Virus record (IMG/VR): IMGVR_UViG_3300043398_000057
Length of the DNA stretch: 64,000 nucleotides
From: a virus
Strand: one strand, 5' to 3'
Shown: one piece after another, positions 52,658 to 63,118 of the stretch
How the letters are laid out: each line of letters opens with the position of its first letter
Numbering within the stretch: the stretch's first letter is position 1
Translations under genes and position numbers: made by a program
The notes under the pieces: generated by a model
Told to the model about the DNA's origin: nothing
What the model saw: only the letters and a program-made list of their open reading frames with translations
The model's database searches: none

Positions 52658-53564
52658 TGATGTTCCCCATAAAGTTGTCCAGACCCATGGTGACGAAAAA
52701 GTTCATCATTTTCATGGTGTTTTTCTTCTTTCCTTGATGTGAGGTGTACTGGTTCACGATTCTCTCACGAATCGACACGGGAATCTTGGCGAAGTCTACC
52801 AAAATTTGATTTCTCATGAACCTTTGCTTCTGAATATCGTCTTCAAAAGGTAGTGGTTCACCAGCCATCATCTTTTCATAGAAGGTGTCGATCAACTTTT
52901 GTGAAACTGGTGGTTGTCGCTTTTCCTTTGTAACAAACTGATCATCAGGGGACTTGAAATTCGGAACACCGTCACCTTCATCACCTTTCATGATCTTTGT
53001 CAACAAATCAAGTTTTGGGCGTTCAGAAACAATCATGGTGTCGTCACGCTTTGAGTATTGCTGAACATTTTCGTGAACTTGCAGAGACTTGTAATCATGG
53101 TCAGAAGACACGATCAAGATAGATTCAGATTGCTCGAACACACCGCGCATTTGAACCGTGTTTTTGGTGATATAACGGGTCAAAACGCCGATACCATCAT
53201 CAGCTTCAGCCTTGTCATCTCGAATCGCAATCCATGGAAGATACTCATTCACATCATCATGAAATTCATTCAGGTACTGATTGAACAGATTCCAATTGAT
53301 TGCTTCCGTCTTGCGCTTTTCTTTTCTGGCAGATTTGTAATACTCGAAAACATCGTTACGCCAAGTGTTGCTACCATCAACACACATAACAATTTGTCCG
53401 AAGTCTTTTGAAAACTTTCGGTTGACGTTAAGCATTTGACTCAAGATGTGACCATAGAGGTATTTCTTGGTTTCATCATCAGGTTTACAGAACGATGCCT
53501 TTAGGTATGGGTCAGCGTGTAGACTCGCAACCGCTAGACCGTTGGTGTCCACAAGAATTGTCAT
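52647..53564 (-). CDS. rnh: RNase H (T4-type 5'-3' exonuclease)
   Basis: WR....YYK..R, EADD.I, I.SSD.D...LQ, GD.GDGVPN..S.DD, RN..L.D motifs. Confidence 0.92.
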   Translation of the reverse strand: MTILVDTNGLAVASLHADPYLKASFCKPDDETKKYLYGHILSQMLNVNRKFSKDFGQIVMCVDGSNTWRNDVFEYYKSARKEKRKTEAINWNLFNQYLNEFHDDVNEYLPWIAIRDDKAEADDGIGVLTRYITKNTVQMRGVFEQSESILIVSSDHDYKSLQVHENVQQYSKRDDTMIVSERPKLDLLTKIMKGDEGDGVPNFKSPDDQFVTKEKRQPPVSQKLIDTFYEKMMAGEPLPFEDDIQKQRFMRNQILVDFAKIPVSIRERIVNQYTSHQGKKKNTMKMMNFFVTMGLDNFMGNINEF

Positions 53565-53899
53565 TTTGGCGTGATCCCCAAAGCCTTGTCAGACTTGTTC
53601 ATGTGATACTTTTGCAAAATGAACAGCAAGCAGCAAATCGCATGGGCGGCATGGTGCTTACCAGATTCTTCATCAAGTTCGATACCATCCAACATATCAA
53701 GAATGTGACGCAAAACAGCGTCATCATAACGATAGTCTTCAACGTTCATGTAGTTGCCACGGGCGTACTTTGCTGCACCCATTTCAAGCACATCAATAAC
53801 GTCACGAAATGCCGCGATGAGGTCTTTCAGAATCTATGTGGGGCGAGGCTTGCCGCCATCAAATTTAATGCCACCAAGCTCGTTCTTAGGCGTTTCCAT
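53561..53899 (-). CDS. dATP/dGTP diphosphohydrolase-domain protein, TAG at 53834-53836
   Basis: GIKFDGGKPRPT*I...VL..GA.KY...N....RY.DA..RH...D.ESG.HH.AHA.CC..F motif. Confidence 0.85.
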
Positions 53900-53909
53900 G
53901 GTCTTCCTT

Positions 53910-54452
53910 TCAGAAAATTGATCCCTTGAATGTCCGACACAGAATGTCGGCTTGCGCTTTCACATGCGCAACGGGATCGTTTGGGTTGTTGTATTGATCT
54001 TGCTTCACTTTGTTGACATTGATGCCAGCCAGTGATGTAATCGTGAGCATATCATGAAACCGGTAAAATGGTGCAGGTTCAGCCAAACCCAAGATTCGAT
54101 ATGCGGTCAAGATTTGACCTGCATGAGCATGTGAACCATGCGTCCAGATGCAAGGATTCTTGAACTGACTGACCCATGAGGTGAAATCGACCAAAACCTG
54201 AATGAGTTTTCTTGGATTGGTTTTCAGAAACTTTTTGTATTCAGGGTCGAAACTCTTCCAGTATTCGATAGTCTCAGGGTCAAAGTGAAAAACCGAACGA
54301 TCAATACTTCGAGGGTCAACAGCCGCAACAAAACAATCATCACTGATCGAATTCATTGTAAAGTGACACGCTGCAATATGCGCAATCGCGGCATTACCAA
54401 GCAACGAATATGTGTCAACCTTCAGCATTACATGATCTTGTTTTTCATCCAT
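53910..54452 (-). CDS. 3'-5' exoribonuclease-like (DUF5051/DnaQ fold), degenerate active site
   Basis: AAI..I.A..F, D.ETI.YW, D..T and H...QA patterns; the DxET motif reads KVDT. Confidence 0.6.
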   Translation of the reverse strand: MDEKQDHVMLKVDTYSLLGNAAIAHIAACHFTMNSISDDCFVAAVDPRSIDRSVFHFDPETIEYWKSFDPEYKKFLKTNPRKLIQVLVDFTSWVSQFKNPCIWTHGSHAHAGQILTAYRILGLAEPAPFYRFHDMLTITSLAGINVNKVKQDQYNNPNDPVAHVKAQADILCRTFKGSIF

Positions 54453-54463
54453 TCTGTAATTCC

Positions 54464-54925
54464 TCAATAAAAATCTTCATCATCAGGGGCCACATAAAAG
54501 TATTCATGTGGGTCACACTCATACAAAATTGCTTGGAACACTGCGATTCTATCATCTTTTCCCTTCAGATTGAGGTACTTGCATGTCTGGTTTGCCAGCA
54601 CGAAACGGTTGTAGAACTTCTGCGATGTGGTTACGATAAGATTCACATCATCAAAATTTCGGAATGTGACGAAAATCATTTCTTCATCCCATTCCTTCGC
54701 GTGTTCATAATCGTGATCCGTACCAATCGGATAGTCGTAATCATCATCCAGAACAGAATCTTGAAATTCTTCAAACTTGTCTTCTTTGACAAGCACCAAA
54801 ATGTCGGTGTCGCTTTCTTCAATCGGTGGCGGTGGACTCACCGATGTTTGAGAACCTACAGCAGAGATTTGAATGATGTATTCACCGTGTTTCTCAAGAA
54901 TTTCCTTCATGTAAATTTCATGCAT
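54464..54925 (-). CDS. Small nucleotidyltransferase-like protein
   Basis: VGS....PP....D.D.LVL, F...R....NLIVT, K.DRIA.FQA.LY motifs. Confidence 0.6.
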   Translation of the reverse strand: MHEIYMKEILEKHGEYIIQISAVGSQTSVSPPPPIEESDTDILVLVKEDKFEEFQDSVLDDDYDYPIGTDHDYEHAKEWDEEMIFVTFRNFDDVNLIVTTSQKFYNRFVLANQTCKYLNLKGKDDRIAVFQAILYECDPHEYFYVAPDDEDFY

Positions 54926-54936
54926 ATATCAACCTT

Positions 54937-55536
54937 TCAACGTGCCGGGTAGTCTTGAATGAGTTCTTGGATGAAACCGAACCATTCACTGTTGTTCTCC
55001 ATTTTGTAGTGACGCGAGAAATCATGAGAAACAATCGGCATCGCATAAGCGGTTAGCGAATACATGTCCGCACGATTGCGCCATTCGTCAATGTTTCCCT
55101 TATGGTCATCAACCAAAACTGTGTTTGAGTCACAGTAGTATTTCTTATCGGTGTTCTTTGAAACAAAAACAACATCATCGAAGAAATCTTTGGTGTTGCC
55201 ATACTGTGCATCCAACCATCGCAGTTTTTCTTGCATGATGATAATGGATGTGCTGCCACTTTGACCGGCAAGCGAAGTCAGGATTCGGTTCTTACCACCA
55301 TGAGACTTGTTCAACAACATCAAAGTCATGATGGTTTTCATCAGAGGTGAAGGTTCAAGTTTCAGGAAAAGTTCATTGTTGCGAACCTCGTTTGTGTACC
55401 AATCTTCAAATTCTAGAACCCCTGCAACTTGCGTGTGAAAGTTCGCGAGGTTGCGAGGGGTCATGTAGTTTTTGTGAACGTACTCGAACCATTGCGCTTG
55501 TACGTCATCCATGTCCCAATAAATTGTCAATGCCAT
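54937..55536 (-). CDS. HAD-family 5'(3')-deoxyribonucleotidase-like
   Basis: IY.DMD.V, ILTS, K..WL, LVDD...N...W motifs. Confidence 0.75.
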   Translation of the reverse strand: MALTIYWDMDDVQAQWFEYVHKNYMTPRNLANFHTQVAGVLEFEDWYTNEVRNNELFLKLEPSPLMKTIMTLMLLNKSHGGKNRILTSLAGQSGSTSIIIMQEKLRWLDAQYGNTKDFFDDVVFVSKNTDKKYYCDSNTVLVDDHKGNIDEWRNRADMYSLTAYAMPIVSHDFSRHYKMENNSEWFGFIQELIQDYPAR

Positions 55537-55555
55537 TGAAAGCCTTTCATAAAGT

Positions 55556-55581
55556 AAAAAGGGAACCGTTGTTGGTTCCCT
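55556..55581 (-). terminator. Terminator after phoH
   Basis: agggaacc-aacaac-ggttccc-ttttt on the - strand. Confidence 0.7.
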
Positions 55582-55606
55582 CATTGTAGCACAAGTTCAG
55601 AAGATT

Positions 55607-56374
55607 TTACTTGGCGCGTCCATATTTTGCGGTCAAGTAAGCCTTCACGAAACCAGAACGAACAATGTCATCAAGACCGAAATCAATGAAGTATGTCCCG
55701 GGTGTGCGGCGCAGAATCGGGATGATGTGCATGAAACCAGACTTGTTACCAAGATCGTTTTGAATGTCATCACCACAAATGATCATTCGAGTTTCATCAC
55801 CAATGCGGGTGATACAGGTTTCACCTTCAACTTCAGTAGCGTTTTGAATTTCGTCAACGATGATGATGGCGTTATCGAACGTGTTACCACGCAAGAATGA
55901 GGTGCACTCAAATTCGATCTTACCAAGTTCCTTCAGATTGTCGTAAGAGTTGCGGAACTTGAACAGTTTATCACAGATTGCACGATAGGGTGCTTCATAT
56001 GGCGCAATCTTGTCTTCCATCTCACCGGGCAAGAAACCGATTTCGCGAGATGGCACAACTGAGCGAAGAATCACGATCTTTTCATATGGTGTTTCAGGAT
56101 CAAGAACTTCCTTCAGTGCCATGTACATTGCCAAGAAAGTTTTACCGGTACCGGCATAGCCCAACATGGACAAAACTTGAATCTTTTCGGAATTGAATGC
56201 ACTAAATGCTTCTGATTGATGTTCGGTCAAAGCATCAATATACTTGAGGTCTTTCAATGTAAATGTCTTTTTGATTTGTGGTTTGACAGGTACCACAACA
56301 TCCTCAAAAATTTGAGATTCTGTCTTTTTTCTACGGGCAGTTTTGGTAGCGAAGCGTTGTGCAGACTTTGACAA
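55607..56374 (-). CDS. phoH: PhoH-family ATPase
   Basis: G.AGTGKT, GFLPG, FLRG.TF, DE.QN, TRIG, GD..Q.DL, DIVRS motifs. Confidence 0.92.
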   Translation of the reverse strand: MSKSAQRFATKTARRKKTESQIFEDVVVPVKPQIKKTFTLKDLKYIDALTEHQSEAFSAFNSEKIQVLSMLGYAGTGKTFLAMYMALKEVLDPETPYEKIVILRSVVPSREIGFLPGEMEDKIAPYEAPYRAICDKLFKFRNSYDNLKELGKIEFECTSFLRGNTFDNAIIIVDEIQNATEVEGETCITRIGDETRMIICGDDIQNDLGNKSGFMHIIPILRRTPGTYFIDFGLDDIVRSGFVKAYLTAKYGRAK

Positions 56375-56433
56375 GGTTTGTTCTCCTTGATTCAGTTAAA
56401 GAAAAGCCCCAACGATGCGGGGCTTACGGGAAC

Positions 56434-56694
56434 TCAGGAATTCAGTGCGCTAGAGGTCTTATCGAGGGTCGAACCCGGGCAGTTTGCGTGCATGTGCTTT
56501 AGCACATCCTTGAAACCATCGGGAACCTTCAGACCACCAGAACCGGCCACAATTTTGATAGGCGTCACAGTCTTGAAAATTTTTCCACCACACTTTTGGC
56601 AAGGTGTTTCACAAGGCTTTTCTCGGTTTGAAATTGATTGCAGATCATCAAAAACATTGTCACATGATTCACATGCATAGGTGTACAGCGGCAT
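56434..56694 (-). CDS. FmdB-like zinc-ribbon protein
   Basis: MP.Y.Y.C..C...F...C..CGG and PDGFKDVL motifs. Confidence 0.8.
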   Translation of the reverse strand: MPLYTYACESCDNVFDDLQSISNREKPCETPCQKCGGKIFKTVTPIKIVAGSGGLKVPDGFKDVLKHMHANCPGSTLDKTSSALNS

Positions 56695-58256
56695 TAACTC
56701 TTTCTCCATTTTCCATTGATGATTGTAACCAATTGTCGCTTTCCGTTGTTGTGGATAATGCAGTTTGTATGTAACCAGCTTGATGGGCCAGTCAAATACT
56801 CCAAATCCATTCTACTTAGAGTGCCAACTTGGAAACAACCATTTTGAATACCGGGGGTATGCGAGTGACCGATAATCAGTTTATCACCAATCTTAGCCAG
56901 ATTTTGAATACTGCCTCTCGCACCATTGGGACCACTGTGACCATGAAGACCACATTCGATACCAGCGATATTCACAGAACCATTTGAGAATTCGATGTTG
57001 CCACAAATTCCCTTAGATTCCCAAAGAGTGTCACGGAAAATTTCAAATGCAGACTGCGACTTACCAGTTTTCTCAATTTGCTGAAGTTTTGTGTACATCA
57101 GGTAATGGTAGATTTTCGCATTCACATAGTCATTTCGAATGTCAGCACTATTCAACCACTGCTCAACATGGTCATGGTGATTCGATGAAACGATAATGGA
57201 TTTTGAGAATCTTGGCGTTGTCATTGCAAGATGATCCAAAGTCAGTCGCATTTCTCGTTCAATCGAATTCATTCCAGAACTCATGTTCTTGGTGAACCGG
57301 GTGAAGAAATCATTGTTGTGCCACTTGGAAACACTGTAGGAATCCAGAACATCATGGCGAACAATGACTTGAGGTTTCAGAACGTTCACCATAGATTTCT
57401 TATCGAAGAACGTTGCATCAGCGGCCTTTTCATCTGAGAACAAAACGTGTTCATCACCACAGACCAATGCGGCAACACTACACTTCGAACCATTGCTTGT
57501 TTCATCCCATCGTTCATCAAGGTCATAGAACCCGCCTGTATGGTCAGCAAACAGTTGTCGAAGGTGGAAGGTACTACCTTCATCAAATTCGATTGCAACA
57601 GCCGCAAAACAATGATGGAAAGAGGCTTGATAACCAGCCTTTGATGCCGAATAGTTGTTCTTGGATGAAATACTACCAGTTGAATGTAGAATGATAGGTT
57701 CATTCCATGGATTCACCGGCAGAGACTTCATCTGAACAACCGAATGCCCGACGATTGTTGTAATACCTTCACACAGCTTATCAATACCGGTCAGAGGGTG
57801 GGTTGCGGTCGCTTGAATGTTGCAATCGCCAATGATCTTGAACTTATCTTTCCATCGAACAGTTGTATCAAGAAAATACTTTGTGGCGCGGGTAGGCCAA
57901 GTTTTACCACCATCCTTGTGCATGGCGGAAGGGTTTTGATACTTGATAGGAATCACAAACAGTTTGAAGTTTTTGCGTTTGCAAAACTTCTCAAGGTTTG
58001 TCAAAAAGCTATCATTGATGGGCGTGTCATTGATGCAAGATGTTACAACAATACCACGATAAGAAGGATAAGCATACTCAAAGTCAACAGAGGGAAGAAT
58101 CGGGTTAGATTTGTTTGCAACTTCTCGAACAAACTTCTTATCGCTTTTTGTGACATGGTTACATTCCTCACATTCATAGTGGTGCTAACTTTTCTTACCG
58201 GCGAACCGTGGGCCGATATATCGTGTTTTGTATGATCCACAACTTTCACACTTCAT
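56694..58256 (-). CDS. T5 A1-like metallophosphoesterase nuclease with N-terminal Zn ribbon, TAG at 58185-58187
   Basis: CESC...CEEC, GDEH, HDVLD, SNH, HGH.GPNGARGS, IGHSH.P, QVGT, GPSSWLHT, NGKR motifs. Confidence 0.7.
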
Positions 58257-58319
58257 CTAGTATTTCCTTTACACACGATTAAGAACCAAAGGGGCCGAAG
58301 CCCCATTCATAGGTATCTA

Positions 58320-58577
58320 TCAGTCCTGATACAGACAAATCAATCGATAACGATTGTAGGTAACACGACGACCCGAACGAACCTTGGTTACCGGTTCAGA
58401 AATAATGTTGAAACCATCAACAATGCAACGCTTTCGCAGACGACAAATTTCAGCGGTGGGCTTTTCAATCTTGAACTGTGCCCGAATCTGTGCAGAGGTA
58501 AGGGGTCGATCCTTCAGTGCCAGATACAGGCGTTCGATCTTTGCAGTCTTCTTAACGGTCTTGGTTGTCTTGGTCAT
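58320..58577 (-). CDS. Small winged-HTH protein
   Basis: LT..QI...F.I..P.A.I..LR and YRL motifs. Confidence 0.6.
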   Translation of the reverse strand: MTKTTKTVKKTAKIERLYLALKDRPLTSAQIRAQFKIEKPTAEICRLRKRCIVDGFNIISEPVTKVRSGRRVTYNRYRLICLYQD

Positions 58578-59008
58578 GTAGATTTCCTTCTATAAGTTTT
58601 GTAATCGATGCCAGCTTCGATAAGCATCGAGATTGAAAAATCAGGGTTCCAACGTTCGGCAAACTCTGGTTCGGGCTCATACCACACAACGCGAGAAATG
58701 CCACTCTGAATCAGCATCGATGTGCAGTTTGAACATGGTGGATGGGTGATATAGATTGTAGCACCCTCAACCGATGTTCTTGCAGTGAGTCTAGCATTCA
58801 ATTCAGCATGAATTACGGTCTTGTATTTGATTTCTCGGGTTTCAAGATACCTTTCATCATCTAACCCGGATGGAATACCGTTGAAACCCTATGAAATGAT
58901 TCGGTTATCCTTGACAATGGTAGAACCAACTTGTGTTGAAGGGTCTTTCGACCACGACGACACAAGTTGTGCCATCTCAAGATACCGTCTATCCCACTTT
59001 TCAGACAT
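58574..59008 (-). CDS. cd: dCMP deaminase, TAG at 58889-58891
   Basis: SKDPSTQVG, IIS*GFNG, HAE.NA, PC..C motifs. Confidence 0.92.
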
Positions 59009-59504
59009 TATCAAACGTGTGAACAAAGGGCTTCAGGTCGGGTGGAGTCCAGCCTTCAGGCTTGAGAATCTTACCGTCTTCACGCTTGATGCAAACACCG
59101 GTTGTCGGATCGATCTTAGCCAGATTGGAACGGGCAACCTCACGCCAAGCACCATCGAAGTCCCAATTCATGCGTTGACAATGATCAGTTGCAAACGTCA
59201 TGAAATTAAAGAATTCCTTGACATTTTCATTTTCCGACATAACAATGTCGGTGTAGTCATTACCCTCAGAAACGAACTTACCAATCCATACCCATGCGGT
59301 ATCACACAGACCATCAAGGTGTTCGACATAGTTTTCAAAAGTTGGTGCGCCAGAAGCAGCAGCAGCAGTTTCTTGTTGTTCTTCGGTGATCAACTTTTCA
59401 TACAGTTGAACTTGTTCAGGGTTGTTCACATCAATGGTCTGACCAGCGGCAGACATGAAAGTGACAACATCGGAAAACATATCAATCAGAGTCAGTTCAC
59501 TCAT
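59001..59504 (-). CDS. MazG/HisE-like (PRA-PH-like) NTP pyrophosphohydrolase
   Basis: LI.EE..E, D.L.D, EV.RSN..K, REDGKILKP.GW.PPDL motifs. Confidence 0.8.
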   Translation of the reverse strand: MSELTLIDMFSDVVTFMSAAGQTIDVNNPEQVQLYEKLITEEQQETAAAASGAPTFENYVEHLDGLCDTAWVWIGKFVSEGNDYTDIVMSENENVKEFFNFMTFATDHCQRMNWDFDGAWREVARSNLAKIDPTTGVCIKREDGKILKPEGWTPPDLKPFVHTFDNV

Positions 59505-59687
59505 TTCATTCCTTTTCTTCGATGATTGGGATTTGCGGGTCTTCAGCCAAAATATCATCAATTTTGACAACGCCTTCGATTTTCTTACACACATCACACT
59601 GAAAACCAATGTAGATTCCTGTACCTTCTTGAAAGGTACAGATTCTACCATTGTAACGGTTTGTGAGATGTGCTAACCAGTGGAACA

Positions 59688-60362
59688 TTACTTCTTCCTT
59701 GCTGCAACCTTCTTAGCTGGAACCTTCTTTGATGCAACCTTCTTCGCGGGTGCCGCAGATTGAAGCAGTTCCATAGCTTCGAAGTATTCCTTACGCTTTT
59801 GCAAACGTTCAATGATTTGTTCAGCATCAAACCAGAATTCCATACCCATGATGACCTTTTCAATTTCGTCTTCTGAGAGGAAACCTTCATAAACCTCATG
59901 CACGAACTTGTTGACCCACTTGTTCGAGAATGAGGCGTATGCGTTGATGTTGTTGTCGGTACCACCATAGCCGTGCGATGCGGTATGGATCATCATTGTA
60001 GCACCGGGAAGAATGATTTGTTCGTCACATCCCAAAAGAATCATGGAACCGGCAGAGGATGCCGAACCAACATGAATGCCGCGAATGTGCGCTTTGGTGA
60101 TAGCCATCGCATCAAGAATTGCGCGGCACGATTCCATCATACCACCGGGGGTGGCAAAGAACATGTCAACTTGATCACTCTCAGTCGCAGAGTAAAGAAA
60201 GTCAAGCAGTTTTGAATACTGCATAACATCCACAATGGGACCATAGAACCGTGCCTTGGCAACGTAGTTCGTCAGTGGAATCTACTCAAGCTCAAATGGC
60301 ACCCGCGTTTCATCTTCATCAAGATCGATTTCGGTCTTTGGAGTTGTCTTTTTGGTTGTCAT
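59688..60362 (-). CDS. ClpP-like protease, TAG at 60282-60284
   Basis: TPGG, ASSAGS.I.L, M.H.AS.G, GFLS..EI motifs; the N-terminus extends through TAG to a proper ATG. Confidence 0.75.
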
Positions 60363-60371
60363 CGGATTCCT

Positions 60372-60851
60372 TTACAGGTAGGGTTCCCAAGTATCGGGGA
60401 ACGAACAATTTGCACCACAATCGCGGAACAGGGGAGCAATTTCTTCGGGAGTGTAACCGGCAAGACCGCAACCAATACCGGTAATGAAAAAATTCAGATC
60501 GAAGTTGTCTTTGGTAAACTTCACGAACTTGGCGACGTACTTGAAGATTTCTTCGATTTCCATCGTTTGAATGTATTCATCCTTGGTGGGGATGGCGTAG
60601 GTCTTACCCGTGATACCATCCCATTCACCCAGCTTGGCACCAAGGTGATCCATGGCGTAACGTGCTGCGCCAGCACCATGAACACCACGCTTGTTGGAAC
60701 CAAAAACAAAAAATTGGTCGGGTTCAGGTCCCGAACCATCAACATGGAACTTGCGGCGCTTGTTGCCAAAAATGGCATCGTAGTTTTCGCGATACACTTG
60801 GTTACCCCACTTGGTGATGATGTTATCGCCAGTAATGTCATTCTTGCTCAT
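60372..60851 (-). CDS. Macro-like phage protein
   Basis: FVFGSN..G.HGAGAA..A, YAIPT, T.IGCGLAGY...EIAP.F motifs. Confidence 0.75.
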   Translation of the reverse strand: MSKNDITGDNIITKWGNQVYRENYDAIFGNKRRKFHVDGSGPEPDQFFVFGSNKRGVHGAGAARYAMDHLGAKLGEWDGITGKTYAIPTKDEYIQTMEIEEIFKYVAKFVKFTKDNFDLNFFITGIGCGLAGYTPEEIAPLFRDCGANCSFPDTWEPYL

Positions 60852-63118
60852 GATTAACCTTCAGTCAAAATTTGCTTGTGGAAACCGGTAACGCTTTCAC
60901 CAAGTTGGTTGTAGCGATCACCGTTGTTGTCAACGTATTCTAGCACAGTGTTCCCGGTAATGGGGTCATTGTACGTCACAACCGAAGTGATTGTGACAAA
61001 AGTTTGATCAGATTTTTGATAAGTCTTGCCAAGTTCCATGTTATGACTCCTTATTCACATTGAATTGCTACACACGAGAACTTTTTCTCCGCTTGCACGG
61101 AGTGTAGCACACGGTCGCTGAATTTGTACCATGATCCCTTAACAAGCTGCACATAAGAGTTTCCAACATGCAGATAAGCATGATACCCCGGGTCGGAAAG
61201 AACACCAAACAGACTGTAGTTCGTGTCAATCTCGCCAACAGGGTCATCAGTATGAGGAACAACGTTTTTCACATTCAGTGCAACAGCACTCGCATATGAA
61301 TACACCAAACCTTCAGGAAAAAGATGATGAAGTGTTTCGGGAATGGAAACATTGAATTCGGCGTCTCCATTTTCTTTGACGAACTTCAAAAGTTCTTTGG
61401 GAACATAGTCGCAACTGATAAGTTCAATCTTTGGCATTTTCGGTTTCCGTGGTTTGATCGGTGTCCACAATCACTTTCACACTCTTTGTCTTGGTGTGCA
61501 GACAGTTGAGAAACTCCAAAGCATCAGCTTTGTATTCTTCACACACCTTAGGGTCTTCGAGTGCCGCACTGAGCCATGGTGCAATTTTATGGCATGACTC
61601 GATGAACATGGCGTCAAAAACCGCAAAGTATGCAATTTTGTGAGAACTCATAACATCAACCCAAATTGTTGGATGTGAGGTAATCTTGCAACAGTTCTTC
61701 GGCGGTTCGATGACCCTCAAGGATGCCAGAAATTAGCGCAAATGCATGATCCAGAGACTTGCTCACATCATCAGGCGAGACACTGTATTCGGTGCCGACA
61801 CGGTATGACCGCTTCAGTGCTTCGGGCGAAAACAGGAAAGATTGCGTCATGGTAACCCACTTCATGCGGGACCGGCTGTAAATTTCAAAATTCTTCGAAG
61901 AGTCGGAGAACCAAATCTTGAAAATTTCCGCATGAGGTCGGGGAGTGACAGAAACAGGTTCAGCCGTTTCATACGGAAGAACAGCCGAACGTGGGAACCA
62001 AAATGTTTCATGCAGTGTAGTGTTGTGAACATTGATCATTTTATGACGGATGGAATCACCAAGAGGAGTGTCGAAAATTACAAGTTCTTGATCAGCTTTT
62101 TGCGAATCAATGAAATTCTGAATGTCACTTTCATAATACCCAATACCATCCCAAATCGGACCATCACCCTTTTCGATGATATCGATATCCAACAGAACAC
62201 GTTGACCGGGGTAAAAATTAGTCATATAAACCTTTCAGGAAATTTTGGGGAGATATTCTTTTTCGATATGATCAGCGATTTCAGAGAAAGTATACCCTTC
62301 ATCGTTCATATTTGCAACATCAAGTGCGTCATCATGACTCATACCCACATATGTTGTAATTTCTTCTGGTGGCATTTCGGTGTCTCTAATGTTCCCAAAT
62401 CCAACAAAAGCAAATTGACCATCTTGATTGGGAGCATACCACTTGTTACCACCATCTTTCGATGCTAGGTCACAAAGAACGCCAAGACAACAGAACCCTT
62501 CATCATTTTTCAAACAAGACTTAGTTTGTTTGTACTTTCCAGAACGAAGGGTTTTGATCCACAGTTTCATAAACTCTTTCGGTGTGCGATAACGAATCTT
62601 CTTAGCCATTTTTCACCTCTTCGAAATTTTGTTCATCGACGTACTTGTAGCGACTATAGTGTGCAGTGTACATGTCTGAGCTATGTGGCTGAAAAGAACT
62701 TTGTGAACCGAGATGAAGGTTAAGTGACCAACCACCATCTTCACATTCTTCGCGTTCCTTTTCGGTCAAATACTCACGCGCAGCATCCTTGTCATACACC
62801 ATCTCTCTAGGGATAAGCATTGATCGATGTTCATGAACAAGTTTCTTACCAACCTTACCAAGACTGCGAACAGTTGCCTTACCGGTTGCTTCAGAACCGG
62901 CCAGCATGTTTGCAATGTCTTCGGGCTTGAGTTGAATCTCGATGAAACCAATTCGTGAGTTGGTGTCAACCACCGAGATAAAAAATTGACCATCCTTATC
63001 AGGATCACTGGAATTTCTGCGAGAGATACGAACTTCAACGTCAAATTTGTCTTGTGCCATGATTGTCTTTCGGTCAGTGGTCTATAACAATGAACTCATT
63101 ATAGACCACTTTTGAAAC

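Noticed and set aside
3586-60284. TAG = Gln (genetic code 15), as in crAss-like/Lak phages
   Set aside because: The most conserved sites (RegA ETLTR, UvsX SGL, gp41 PD-hydrophobic-IVVD, MazG QA-hydrophobic-SK, fibre paralog NLN) require a hydrophobic residue, mostly Leu. Only one or two sites would suit Gln.
3586-60284. Pseudogenisation or sequencing error as the cause of the internal stops
   Set aside because: All internal stops are TAG, never TAA or TGA. They sit in essential genes with no frameshifts, recur in both copies of a repeat, and TAG is not used as a terminal stop.
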